Positions 29,150 through 41,350 of a DNA stretch of 64,000 bases are shown piece after piece. Every line of letters begins with the position of its first letter. Position 1 is the stretch's first letter. This DNA is from the human T2T-CHM13v2.0 reference genome, Homo sapiens. The position numbers and the translations under genes were made by a program. The stretch lies in the NCBI RefSeq assembly GCF_009914755.1, contig NC_060945.1, one strand, 5' to 3'. A model generated the notes under the pieces. That model was not told where the DNA came from and did no database searches. It saw only the letters and a list, made by a program, of their open reading frames with translations.

Positions 29150-31130
29150 GGTAGTGGGTGGATATAGGCCCCAGGTAAACACCAGGCCCCAGGTGGACAT
29201 CAGGGCTCAGGTGGACATACAGCCTCCAGGTGTATATCAGGCCCCAGGTATATACCATTTTCCTGGTACGTATTAGTAACCAAGGGGACACTGGACTCCA
29301 GGTGTACATCAGGCTCACAGGTGGACACCCAGGCCCCATATGGACACCAGCCTACAGGTGAGCATCAGGCTGCAGGAGGATACCCAGGCCTTAGGTAGAT
29401 ATCAGGCCCTATAAGGACACCAGGCCTCAGGTGGACATCAGGGCCTAGCTGGGGACTCAGGTTCTAGGAAGACACCCAGGCCTCAAGTAGCATCAGGGCC
29501 AAGGCGGATACTAGACTCCAGGTGGACATCAGGCCCCAGATTAACTGCAGGCCTTCGGTGAACATCTGATCCCAGTTGGATATCAGACCCCAGGAGAACA
29601 TCAGTCCCCAGGTGGATATCAGCTTCCAAGTTGACATCAGGCCACAAGTGGACACTGGACTTGAGGTGTACGTCAGGCCTCAGATGGACACCCAGGCCCC
29701 AGGTGTACAGCAGGCTGAGGTAGAAATCAAGGCACAGGTAACACCATCTCCTAGGTGGTTACCTAGGCTTCAGGTAGACATCAGACCCCAGGTGGACACC
29801 TGGGTCTCAGGTGGTCATCAGGCCATAGGTGGAAACTCAGGTCCCAGGTGCACATCACGTACCAAGTGGACACCCAGGCCCCAGGTGGACACCAGCCTAC
29901 AAGTGGACATCAGACCACAGGAGGACACCCAGGCCCCAGATAGATACCAGACTCCAGAGGAACACCCAGGCCTCAGGCGGACATCAGGTCCCAGGTTAAT
30001 TCCAGGCCCCAGCTGGAACTCAGGCCCCACCTGGACACAAGTCCCTAGGTAGATACACAGGCCCTGTAGGCCCTGGGGAACATCAGGCCTTAGGTGAAGT
30101 TCTAGGCTACAGGTGGACATCTTGCTCCAGTTGGACATCTGGTCCCAAGTGAACATCAGTCTCCAGGTGGACACAATGTCCCAAGTTGGACATCAGGCAC
30201 CAGGAGGACTTTAGTCCTCTGGTGAACACCAGCTCCCAGGTTGACATCAGGCTACGAGTTGACACCCAGGGCCCAGATGGACATGTGGCCCTAGATGAAC
30301 ACTAGTCCCCAGTCAGCTGGGGCCTGGGTCCACCTGGAGCCTGATGCTTAGCTAGAGACTGGATATCCACCTGAGGCCAAGGTATCTACCCAGGGACTGG
30401 TGTCAAAGTGGGGCCTGATATCCACCTGGGGACTAGGTATCCACCTGGGGCTTGATATTCACCTCGAGCCAGATGACCTTCCGGAGTCTGATGTCCACCA
30501 CAGGCCTGTGTGTCCATCTGGGGCCTGGTGTTGATTTGGATTCCAGTGTCTACCTGGAACCTGGGACCATGTAGTCCACTTGGAGCCTGGAGTTTTCACC
30601 TGGGGCCTGGTAGACATCTGGCCCCAGTAAACATCAGCGTGGGGCCTCGTTGTCCACTTAGAGCCTGGAGTTTTCACCTAGGGCCTGAAGATCACCTGGG
30701 ACCCAGGTGTACACCTGGGACATCAGGCTCCAGGTGTAAACCCAGGCTCCAGGATACAACAGGCCCCAAGAGAACTCCAGACCATATTAAACATCAAGTC
30801 TCAGGTGGATGCCCAGGCCCCATGTGTACACCAGGCCCCAGGTAGACAGTGGACACCAGCTGAACATTAGCCCCAAGGTTGACACCCATACTACAGGTGG
30901 ATATGAGGCCCCAGGTGAATACCTATGCTTCAGGTGTGCATCAGTCCCCAGGTGAACATAAGGCCACAGATAGACATCAGGCCTCAGGTGCACATCTGGC
31001 TCCAGGTAAACATCAGGCCTTAGGTGGATACCCACTCCCCAGGTGGACATCAGAGACCAGGTTGACACAAAAAAATCCCAGTGGGTATCAAGTCCCAGTG
31101 GACGTCCAGGCTCCAGGTAAACACCCCAGC
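29150..31130. repeat. Degenerate 18-19-bp minisatellite (consensus ~CCCCAGGTGGACA(T/C)CAGG), roughly 100 units, with an internal inverted segment at ~30317-30700
   Basis: Units read directly; reverse-complement units (cctgatgtccacctgggg-like) in the middle. Confidence 0.92.
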
Positions 31131-31969
31131 CCCACTGTAACTGTAACCACCATAACGAGAAGTGGTAGGTCTAAGTACCATCATGCTCCTTGCTCACAAA
31201 AGGATACTTAGCTATTTTATTCAAAATACAACTCCATTCATCACTCTGAGCAGCGATGTGTAGAAAGGAAGAGAAAAATAAACCAGGCTTCAAGGAATCC
31301 ATCCAAAATGAGGTAGATATTATAAGGGACAGAAATCCCCAAATGAAATGTTATAGTTGACATAGAATAGTCTTTAAAACCCATTAATTTTCTCACACAT
31401 TTGATACAAAGCATTATTTCCAGAGACTGAACCTAGAAAGAATTGCTTAAGACTAGGAGTCTTGTTCCAGCCTAGATCCCACACTGTTGAACATCTATAC
31501 TTAGTACATCACATTATACATAGCACTGATATGACCTGTGTGCATTTAATTTCCTAATACTTGTTCATCTCTGGCATAGTTTATATATATATGTGTGTGT
31601 GTGTGTATATATATATCATATGTAACATACGTGCATACAAGTACACACATACACACAAAAGGTATATAAGGGTAGGATAGTATAATTGTGCAGTAACGTT
31701 TCTTGTGAAAGTGGTGGAAAGTGGATTGCGTTGGCGACATGCTGGAATGTGCTTCCATTGGCAGAAGTAAGGCTTTCAAAACTAGTCGTTTTCATTTTTC
31801 TCTAGCAACTGGGAATATTAATAATAGAAGATGTGTTGGTATAAAACTAATCATAATAATCACAATGAAGTGGTTTTAATAATTATAAGATATAATAGAC
31901 ATTACAGATATTATAAGATGTCAAGAAAAAGAAGATGCTATAAAATCTTTGAGATGATTGACACATTAA

Positions 31970-32750
31970 ATGCGGCCTCCTGTGCCTCCCTGGGGCGCCA
32001 CTCTCGCTGGGTTCTTGGCGGAGCTCACCGTACTCCACCTGCTCGGCCCAGGCTCCTGCGCCCCCGGAGTCACGCCATGGGAGCGAGGACCTTGCCGCGG
32101 CCCTAGACAAGGACAATGAGGAGGGGGTGCACGTGGAATCCCCACGGATAGGCCGGACGCCGGGCAGGAGCCTTTGCAGGGGTGCACAGCCTCCTCTGGA
32201 AGCCCTGGTCGCTGCCTGGTGCCTGCTGCGCCCTGCGAGCTCCGCAGCGGTGGAGCCAGGCCTGAACTGCCTGCTCTTGGCCCCGCCTGCGGCCCTCTGC
32301 CCTTTGTCTTGCCCGTGGGGCCCGGGGCCTCAAGCTGGCCCGGGGTTCCTGAAGTTAGCTGACGATGGGCTGGCCTCTGGGGCTGGGTCGTGGGCCTTGT
32401 GCACTGGCCGCCACGTCACCAGCGCCAGGCCTACCCGCGGTGCTGCTGGAGACGCGGGATGCCCGGGCTCGGGCTGTGCTGGATCCCCTGGCGCTGCGAA
32501 CCCCGTCACCTTCCATCGCGGCCGGCCACCATGCTGCGTGCTGGTCAGCCGCCTTCCTGGGACCCCTCCGGCCCCAAGGAGGCATCACTCACAGCCGCTT
32601 GCGACACCGGGGCCGCCTGAACCTCAGCCAGGGCTGCGCCACGCAAGTGGCTCCAGCCAGCCAGCCCTGGCCCATGAGCAGGACGTTCCGATCCTAGAGA
32701 TGATCGCCCTCGGCAGTGATACACGGCTATGGAGGAGGCAGCGGATACCT
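31970..32750. promoter_or_regulatory. CpG island isolated in AT-rich DNA
   Basis: High GC and dense CpG (gccgcgg, cgccggg, gcgaccc-type runs) with sharp transitions to AT-rich flanks. Confidence 0.8.
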
Positions 32751-33766
32751 TCTAAAGTTTGTAGACACTCTACTGCCACACCAAAAGTTTCACCATCAGC
32801 TGCGATGCCGACTGGGGCTCAGAGACCCCTCTGGGATGTGGACCAGGCAGTGCTTTTGCTGGGCATGGCAGTGCTGACCACCCGAAGTGCGGACCTTCAC
32901 TTCGTGTTCCTCATACTCCACGTTCCACATCCAAAGTTCTCTACCATTTCTAAGCAGGAGAAATCAAAAGAAACTGAAATCAGAAAGAAAGAGAGAGAGA
33001 GAGAGAAAGCCATGAGCAAAAATAAAAAAAAGAGCAAAACCTTCTGGAAAGCATAAAACGCCTCAAAGCCAAAAACTAATTCTTATCTCTTTTAAACCTT
33101 CTGCACTTCTCCAATGATGAATGATTTATTTTTTTTAACACTGGCAATTCGTAATTATTAACTTCTCTGGCATTAATGACTAGAAATTGAATCACATGTG
33201 GGAGTTTAATTTGTATTATATGAAGCTTTTCATATTTTAAAAAATAATCGTTCAGTTTTTCTCCGTGGATTAACAATTAATGGAAAATTTTCAACATTGC
33301 TGTGTTAATGTCTCCTGAGATAATTAGATGTGAATAATCTTTTATAAACAGAATTTCCTGGGTGGAATTTCTCATCTTCAGGAGCTCGATAAATAACCAT
33401 GTCCCAAGAGAACTGTGAATTTGGGAACTGCAAGAACTGAGTCTCAACTTGTCCAGCCTGGTAGCACTTGGGTGAATCACTCTTGCAGGTGACTTCACTG
33501 CCTTCTGTTGAAGGGCCAGTGAGAGCCTGGGGGTTTCAACATGCAAGAGCCTTACCATTTTAGGGTTAACATTCACGATGAGGAAAAGACATACTTTTTT
33601 GATATTCTCCGTATGTAATAAAATAGTTACCAAAACAAAGCAAAGTGTGAGTGGTGACTATTGAGAGGACCCTTTTTATCTTTGCTGGATTCCCAGAGAT
33701 TTCTGGGTTTCTTTTGGAGTCAATAGTATTTCCATGTTAATTCTGAGCTCTTAAATCCCACAATAT

Positions 33767-33833
33767 GAGTTGCAGCCAGTGACTAGAGTTGCAGCCAGTG
33801 ACTAGAGTTGCAGCCAGTGACTAGTGTTGCAGC
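33767..33833 (+). repeat. 19-bp tandem repeat gagttgcagccagtgacta x3.5
   Basis: Three identical copies at 33767, 33786 and 33805, plus a partial fourth. Confidence 0.95.
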
Positions 33834-35042
33834 TTGTTAAACTGATCACTAGCGGTAGAGCCTTTTCATTCTGTTCACTTCTTAAAAGGTCAGCTTGGTC
33901 AGATATCAGTGCTACCCTGCCAGAAATAAGCGGTTAGGAATCAAGTAAAGGAGTCAGCTAAAAGTGTAATTACTAAGTAGTGAGGTCACAGCTCGATGGT
34001 TGTTGATCTCATTTTCTCTCTGCTGCTGATTTCAAGGCTTTATACCGTGTTTTGATATAACAGAATGTATACTATGAAGGACAAATAGTCTGTTAGCTTC
34101 TTGGAGCTATACTCCATTACTGGAGCAGGGGACAACAATTTGAAGGACATTACTACTTAGACAGTTTAATCTGCCTTTGGCTAGAATAAACTTCAAGTTC
34201 CAAGGGCTGGGTTCAGTTGTTATGCAAATTTAGATTGTTGTGGTAAAATTTCCAAAACAAAAAGGATAGGACTCTTTAGATGAAATAAGAATTTAACTGT
34301 ATTTGAACCCTGTTGAAGGCCAGACAAGTTTAGGCAAAATCCCATGACTGAATACTCTTTGATGAGTCCCTTTAAATTCCAACATATAATCTATGTTGGT
34401 AAATATGATACATGCACTGGAAAAGGATGTGTATTCAGTAGTTGTTGAGTGTCGGGTTATGTATATGTCAGTTTATGTCAAGTTCGTTCATTGTGTTCAT
34501 CAAATCTCCCTTTCTCTTATGGATTTTTTCTGTTGGTTCCATCGGTAATTGAAAGGTATGTTAAAATCTATATTGTAATTAGTCCATTTTTCTTTTAGTT
34601 ATATCAGTTTCTGTAGTAAATAATTTGAAGGGATATTTTATATTTATACATATTTAACATTGGCATACTTTTCTAGTGACTCACATTGTAAAATCTCTTT
34701 TATCTTAGCAATATTTCTTGGCTTAAGACTAAACTGTCAATAATAACATAGCAACACGAGCTTTGTGCTGATTAGTGTTTTCAGACATGTTTTCCACTGC
34801 TTTACTTCCAAATGTCTAGATTCTTGTATTCAGATAAATTAATTAAAACATAAAAAATAAATATAATATAAAACATTAAAAAGTAAATATTCTAAAAATC
34901 CAGCCAGAGATGTTTCACTTTTAATTGAAGTGTTTAGGACCACTACTCTCACACTGTGTGCTAAGGTGCCCTGAGATGCTGTGTTTAACTGACGGGCACC
35001 AGTGGATAGTGTGTGAGTATGTGTATGTGTGCGTTTGTATCT

Positions 35043-35206
35043 GAGATGGGGGTCTCACTCTGTCCCCCAGGCTGAAGTGGAGTGTGAGGTCTAGGCTCAC
35101 TGCAGCCTCTGCCTCCCTGAGTAGCTGGGACAACAGGCGTGCACCACCATTCCTGGCTAAGTTTTGTAATTTTAGTAGAGATGGGGTTTTGCCATGTTGC
35201 CCAGGA
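35043..35206 (-). mobile_element. Partial AluJ with internal deletions
   Basis: gggtctcactctgtcccccaggctgaagt...gccatgttgcccagg. Confidence 0.8.
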
Positions 35207-35539
35207 TGTATATTTTTGAGGGAAACAAAGCAACATTTGCTGGAGACCTTAAGAACTACTAGCCTGAGGCAGTTCATAGTTTCAAAAGTACTTAGTTAGA
35301 AGTGCATTTCTTTACCTTTAGGGTGGGTGTTGTTAATTACCACGAAGAAAGCAAGTATTGTGCTAAAGTCAGTGTGGAATAAGAATAAGGTCCAGTGGTT
35401 GAGATCCAGTCCGATTTTAAGATTTGAAAAGTTGTGCTGTGTGCCCAACAGGCACACACATCCCAATAGTAAGTAAATTGTGCTTTTTTAAGAAAGGAAC
35501 AAAAATACTGTTTCTACTTCCATTGCGTGTTATTTTGTA

Positions 35540-36560
35540 TATGTACTTGCAAATACATCACCAAAATAAAAATAAAGAACATATCCAGCACTCAAAAAAG
35601 TTTCCCCTTGCCCTTTTATAATCCCAAACTTTCTGTATCTTCCTACCTTACCACACTCCCTGGCAATCACCAATCTGTCACTATAAAATAGTTTGCCTTG
35701 TGTAGACATTTATATAAATGAAGTGTAATATGCACCCTTTTTTGGAGGGGTCTGGCATTTTTCACACAGCATAATTATTTTGAGATTCAGCTATATTGCA
35801 GGCATCAATAGGTCATTAATTTTATGACTGAGTAGTATTCTATTGTGCAGATCGGTCACAACTTATATATCCATTTGCCTGTTGATGGGTTTTTGCATTG
35901 CTTCCGGTTTTGGACTTATACAAATACATTTGCAATGAACATTCATGTACATAAGTTCCTATAACTTTGAGTAAATATTAGGAGTGTAATAGCTAACAGG
36001 TTTAGGTTTAGTTTTAAGAGACTGTCAAAATGTTTGCCAAAATGGTTGTACCATTTTATATTTTTATCAGCAGTATATAAGAATTCCACACTCTTGCCAA
36101 CATTTTGTATGGGCCTTCTTTTAAAATTTTAGGCATTTTCATGTGTGTACAATAGTATTTTATTGTGGTTCCATAATGCCTAATAATATCTAGTATCTAT
36201 GTACTTACATGCCATCTGTATATATTTGGTAAAGTGTATGTTCACATTTTTTTGCTTCTCCCTTTTTTGTTTTATTCTTTGCTTATTTTCTCATTATTAA
36301 ATTTTAACAGTTTCTTTATATACTTTAGATTCAAATCCCTTATTAGATATGAGACTTGCCAGTATTTTCCCCTTGAGTTTTCTTTGTGTTCTCATAACAC
36401 TATCTTTCAGTTAGCAGATGCTCTCAATTTTGATGGGGTCAAATTTATTAATTGTTGTTTTGCATTTGGTTTTTGGGGCTTCATCTAAGATGTTTTTGAT
36501 TAATTGAATATTACAAATTTTCTTTATTTTCATCTCAAAGTTCATAGCTTTTAATACTTT
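35540..36560 (-). mobile_element. Old L1M 3' region
   Basis: ccctggcaatcaccaatctg, gagtagtattctattgtg, caaaatggttgtaccattttata motifs. Confidence 0.7.
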
Positions 36561-37822
36561 ATTTTATATTTAAGTCAATGGTCCTATAAGTGACAGAGCT
36601 TTAACCCAAGTCACTGTCATGCATAGCTGGACCCAGGGGCTTATATAAAATCATCAAGAAATGTTTTCCTTCTTTCTCTTGACACTTTTCCTTTTGTTTT
36701 AGCCTCATTTTTTCCTTCTGAAGATGACTCTCTTCTCTCTTTGTAGCAAGAGATAGTACTAGAAATAACCCACTTTACTTTGTCCTCACATACCACAGTG
36801 GTAGAAAAAGCAAGAGTCCTTCCTGATGATTCCAAAAAAATAGTACTGAAACAGTTGCTATGATCCAAGGGTAGAGTCTTTTGCCAGAACTTGGCATCAT
36901 GATCACCTCTAGGGCTGGGGCTTTTAGGTTGGGTCAGGCCTAGTTGGTGCTCATTGAAATGGTCCCCAAAGAAAAGGGGGGCTCTCAAGAGGAGAGTTGC
37001 TGAACACCCCACCAAAAAATAGCCACTGTGTACATACCTACAATTCCTTGCCAGTTTATAAGCAACTGGTTGGGTGGAAAATGACTAGAAATTCAGTTGT
37101 CATTAACTTTCCTTTATAATGTCAGTAGAATGAGCCATACATTTCACTTGTTGTGGGTTACGTCCATGATAGTCATTTCTGTATATTAGGTATCAATTTG
37201 GAGTATCATCTGAAGAAATATATTATTTTGTGATGTTATCCTTAAATTAATATTTTTAGGATAAAGATTTATAGGATGAAAGAAAAGTCTAGGATAGAAA
37301 TAAAAGAATAGAGAAAATGGGAGCATGGATATACTGCAGAAAATGGCCAAACAGGAAAAGTACTTGTGAGAGGTATTGAAGTACATAATTGATGTCACAT
37401 AGACCTCCAGGAAATTACAACTACTGGCATAAGAACAAACTATCTGAATAGTCTTTGCTAATACTGAGTCTTTTCTGCTTGCAAAAGTAGTAAGAATGGT
37501 AAGGAATTGGGACATTGTTCAGATAGGCCTCAATGCATTTGTTCATTTACCTGTTGATGGGGTTTGGGGGTATTAATGAAGGATGTTAATAAATAATAAT
37601 GGGCATGTTAGGTAATCATAACTGATTTGTCCATTTGGTCTGAAGAAAATGTTGCCTACCTTCTTTTTTGTCGAGGGATTCATTTTTAATGTCATGTTGG
37701 ATTATATGACTTACTAAATGTGTAATTGCCTATTTATGGATTCTGAAGAATTTTATAAAATGTATTTGCCAAACATTTTGAAAGCTTAGAACTTCTCCAA
37801 GGAAGAAGTTTTTTAGTGCTTT

Positions 37823-38015
37823 AGTGCTGCCCTGATAAATATGGTAGCCACAGCCATGTGAATATTGAGCATTTGAAATGTGGCTAGGCTGGAGTGAGAT
37901 GTGCTGTCAGGGTAAAACACACACCAGATTTTGAAGACTTAGTAGGAAATAAAATTAAACATATCTAATTAATAACTTTTATATTGGTTAGACATTGAAA
38001 TAATATTTTGTATGT
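37823..38015. mobile_element. MER33/MER3-type hAT-Charlie element
   Basis: atggtagccac.agccatgtg..tattgagcatttgaaatgtggctag..tgagatgtgctgt...aaaacacacaccagattttgaagacttagta. Confidence 0.75.
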
Positions 38016-38534
38016 ATTTTACATATAAATATACATTCATGTGTATGTGTAATTAATATCTTCATATGAAATACTTCTCAATTACAATTGGAAGAATGAT
38101 GACTTTGTGGTGGAGAAATCTGGCACAAACTTGATCATGTGCCTCCTGCTGTGATGTCCTAGGAAGACCACAGCATTATTTCTGTGGTTTTCTTGTGAAA
38201 GATACATGACCTAAGTCTGGATGTGGAAACACATCAGATGGAAAAAGGTAAACACATCCTTCATAAGTGTGTATGCTCTTTAAAACTCTTAAGTTTATGA
38301 AAAATAGGGCAAAACAGAGGAACTGTTTGAAGTTGAAGGAACTTAATAGTCATGACAATTAATGCAATGGGAACTCCTGGATTGGATCCTGGATTACAAA
38401 GTTCAAAAAAATGTATTTAGGGCACAGCTGAGAAAATTTGGATCTGTTGATTGGACAGTAGTGTTGGGTGAATGCTGATATCCTGATGTGGATGATTATA
38501 TTCTGGTTATGAGAACTTTTCCCAGATTCCTCAT

Positions 38535-39110
38535 CGTTTGCCCAGTGGGTTCATGGACAATGTGGCGATGGTAGCAGGAGAAGATGCTACATGTTTCCAA
38601 TAACATGAATTTCCCTGCAGCAGTGCTGCCTACTGCCCAGATGAGTGCCCTGACTGCCGACAATGAGCAATGCTGAGACCCTGGAAAGAGGAACTACCTT
38701 GCCTAGACCAGACAGATTTCTGGTAATGTTGTAATAATATTTTTTCCCTTCCTTCATGGAAGTGGTAAAGAATTGCCCTCACTGGAATAGATGCATTTCC
38801 GAATACGGACTCCACTTCATATCCTTCTCATAGCATCAAATTATTTACATTTGCTGAGTTCTTATTCTCTGCTATCATACAATTACTACTGAAGATGGAG
38901 CTTATTTTACAAAAAAAGAAGTGATGCGATGGGCTTCAACCCATATTTATTGGTCTTGTGACATCCCACATCACCCAGAGGAATATGACCTCACAAGAAT
39001 CAGTTATTTCACCAACTGTGAGACCCTGAGGGGCTGGGTTTCTATCCTACAAGATGTGTTAGATGCCCTGACCAAAGATCCCTCCTACCCAGAATGCATG
39101 GTTCCATGTA
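38535..39110 (+). mobile_element. Degenerate ERVL-class internal (integrase) fragment
   Basis: Decayed integrase motifs: AQWVHGQCG, CPDC, PLPSWK..LTGID, YFTKKEVMRWA..IYWSCDIPHHPE, LRGWVSILQDVLDAL. Confidence 0.7.
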
Positions 39111-39123
39111 GCAAGGATCATTT

Positions 39124-39630
39124 TGATGGTGGTGATGATGATGGTGAGGATGGTGATGGTGAAGGTGGAGGTGGTGATAATGAAGTGATAGTTATGTTGA
39201 GGATGATGAAGGTGATGATGATGGTGAGAATGGCAAAGGTAAACACGGTGATGGTGAGAATGGTGATGGCAGTGATTGTGATGGTGATGATAAGGATGGT
39301 GATGGTGAAGGTGGTGATGATAATAGTGATATTTATGGTGAGGATAATGGTGACGATGAGGATGATGATATTGAGAATGGTGATAGTGATGATCATAGTG
39401 ATGGTAATGATGATAATGATGACGATTATGAGGATGGGGAGGGTGACAATAATTATTATGGTGAGGATGGTGATGGTGAAGGTGGTGATAACGATAGTGA
39501 TAGTTATGGTGAAGATGCTGGTGTTGATGATGGTGAGAATGGCAAGGGTAAGAATGGTGATGGCCATGATGATAGTGTTGGTGATTGTAAGGATGGTGAT
39601 GGCAATCATGGTGATGATGATAATGGTGCT
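39124..39630 (+). repeat. Second (TGA/TGG)n low-complexity array, homologous to 20545-20992
   Basis: Same higher-order motif GTGAAGGTGGTGATAA.GATAGTGATAGTTATG..GA.GATG. Confidence 0.95.
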
Positions 39631-40129
39631 GACTGGGCTATGAGGTAATGGAGGCAGAAAAGTGGCTGTTTCTAGGAAGTATAGAGCCAGCTGGGAACTG
39701 CAAGGCAACCTTAGTGGGGGTGGAAGATGTCGGGCCCCTGCGTCATTTCTAGACATCTGGGGAAATCTCACCCCTCACAGTAGTTCCAGGAAGCCCTCCA
39801 TCCAGCATTTCCTTCTCGCAATCAGCATGGAGCTTTTGGGGTGCAGAGAAGTGTCTTCTATTCACTGCACTCTGTGGGAAGGGAAAAGGGGGAGTGCTAT
39901 TTATGAACCCAGTATAATACAGTAGGGTCTCATCTAATATATTTTGGGAGAATTTTCAACTGAAAAGAGCAAGCTTCAGAGAAGTCAGGTAACTTTATCT
40001 TCAATAGCATCCAGTTGTGATTTATTGAGCAATTACTATGTGCCAGGCAACATGCTGGGTGGTTCCTTATATGTTATCTCATGAAATCCTACAGCAACAC
40101 AAGGAGACAGGCATAACTACCCCATTATA

Positions 40130-40612
40130 AAAATTGTGGCAAAATGAACTAAAATTTACTGTCTAACTATGTTTAAATTTACATTTCAGTGGCATTAAAT
40201 ACATTCGCAATGTTGTGCAACCAATTTCCAGAGTGCTTTTCATCTTGTAAAACTACAGTTCTGTAACCCATTTAAAAACAACTCCCCAATCCCCACCCTC
40301 CCCAGGACCTGGTAGCCACCATTCTCCTGTCTGTCTCTATGGATTTGACTACTCTAGGTGTCTTGGAAAAGTGGGATAATACAGCATTTGTCTTTTTGGT
40401 CTGGCTTATTTTGTTCAGCCTAATGTCCTCGGGTTCATTCTTGACGCAGCACGTGTCAGACTCTCCTTCCTTTTCAAGGCTGAACACTATTCCACTGTAT
40501 GCATAGACAGCATTTTGTTGATCCGTCCATCCATCCATTGACACTTGGGTTGCTTCCACCTTTTGGTTATTGTGGATGATGCTGCTCTGAACATGGTTTT
40601 GCATGTATCTCT
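40130..40612 (-). mobile_element. L1MB 3' end
   Basis: ttcagtggcattaaatacattcgcaatgttgtgcaacca, ctgtctctatggatttgactactctagg, gacacttgggttgcttccaccttttgg. Confidence 0.85.
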
Positions 40613-41139
40613 TCCAGGTTAGCCCCATTATACAGAAGAGCATAGAGAGATTCTGGGAGGAGGGATGAATGCCTGGGGCCTTTGGTGAGGTCCTGGTGGA
40701 GGATCTCCCAGACCTCAAAGGCAGAGCTCCTCTCCTCACCCCACTGCCTTTCTTAGGACCTGCCTCCTGCTCCACCACACAGTGCCCACTCCCTGGTACT
40801 AGACTTGCTAAGGCCTCTTGATCCCTGAAAGTTCAGGGACAGGAACTAGCAGGCACAACTACAGTCACTCACTTCTCTGTCCCTTACTGCAGATTCGGTT
40901 GCAAACAATACATGACAATGACCTGCTTTCCACTCTTTCACCAGATGTGGATGAGGCGCCTACTGCATGCCAGGCATGTGTGGGCACTGGATGGAGACCC
41001 CTGGGAAATGAGAAGATGTGAGCTCCTCAAGGCCAGGGGCATCCCTTTCACTTGCTGCTACCCTGTGAGGGATGGAGGGGAACCCTGAAGCATTGGAGAA
41101 GTGCATGAGTGACCTAGCTCAGATGATGATATCATAGTA

Positions 41140-41350
41140 ACCCTGTTTATTATCACCTACCATGTGCCAGGCATTGTGCGAAGTACTTTGCACACATTAC
41201 CGGCTGTAAAGCTCAGAGACAACTGTAGGAGTGAATCTTTTATACCTCCCACTTTACAGTGGAGGAAACTGATGCTCAGAGAGGTGAACCAGTCTTCCCC
41301 AGGCCTTGCAGCTAGTCTCTGGGATGTGGATCCAGGCGGTCTGACTCAGA
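41140..41350 (-). mobile_element. MIR
   Basis: catgtgccaggcattgtgcgaagtacttt...cccactttacagtggaggaaactga.gctcagagagg. Confidence 0.75.

Noticed and set aside
29464-31211. PQVDIR-repeat ORFs, and a CRISPR-like interpretation of the array
   Set aside because: Tandem degenerate units with no unique spacers and no cas genes in primate DNA; frames are broken repeatedly by mixed 18/19-bp units.
32127-33056. 309-aa plus-strand ORF
   Set aside because: Non-ATG start, GC-rich CpG-island composition where stops are rare, no recognisable domain, and it ends in a (GA)n/A-rich tract.
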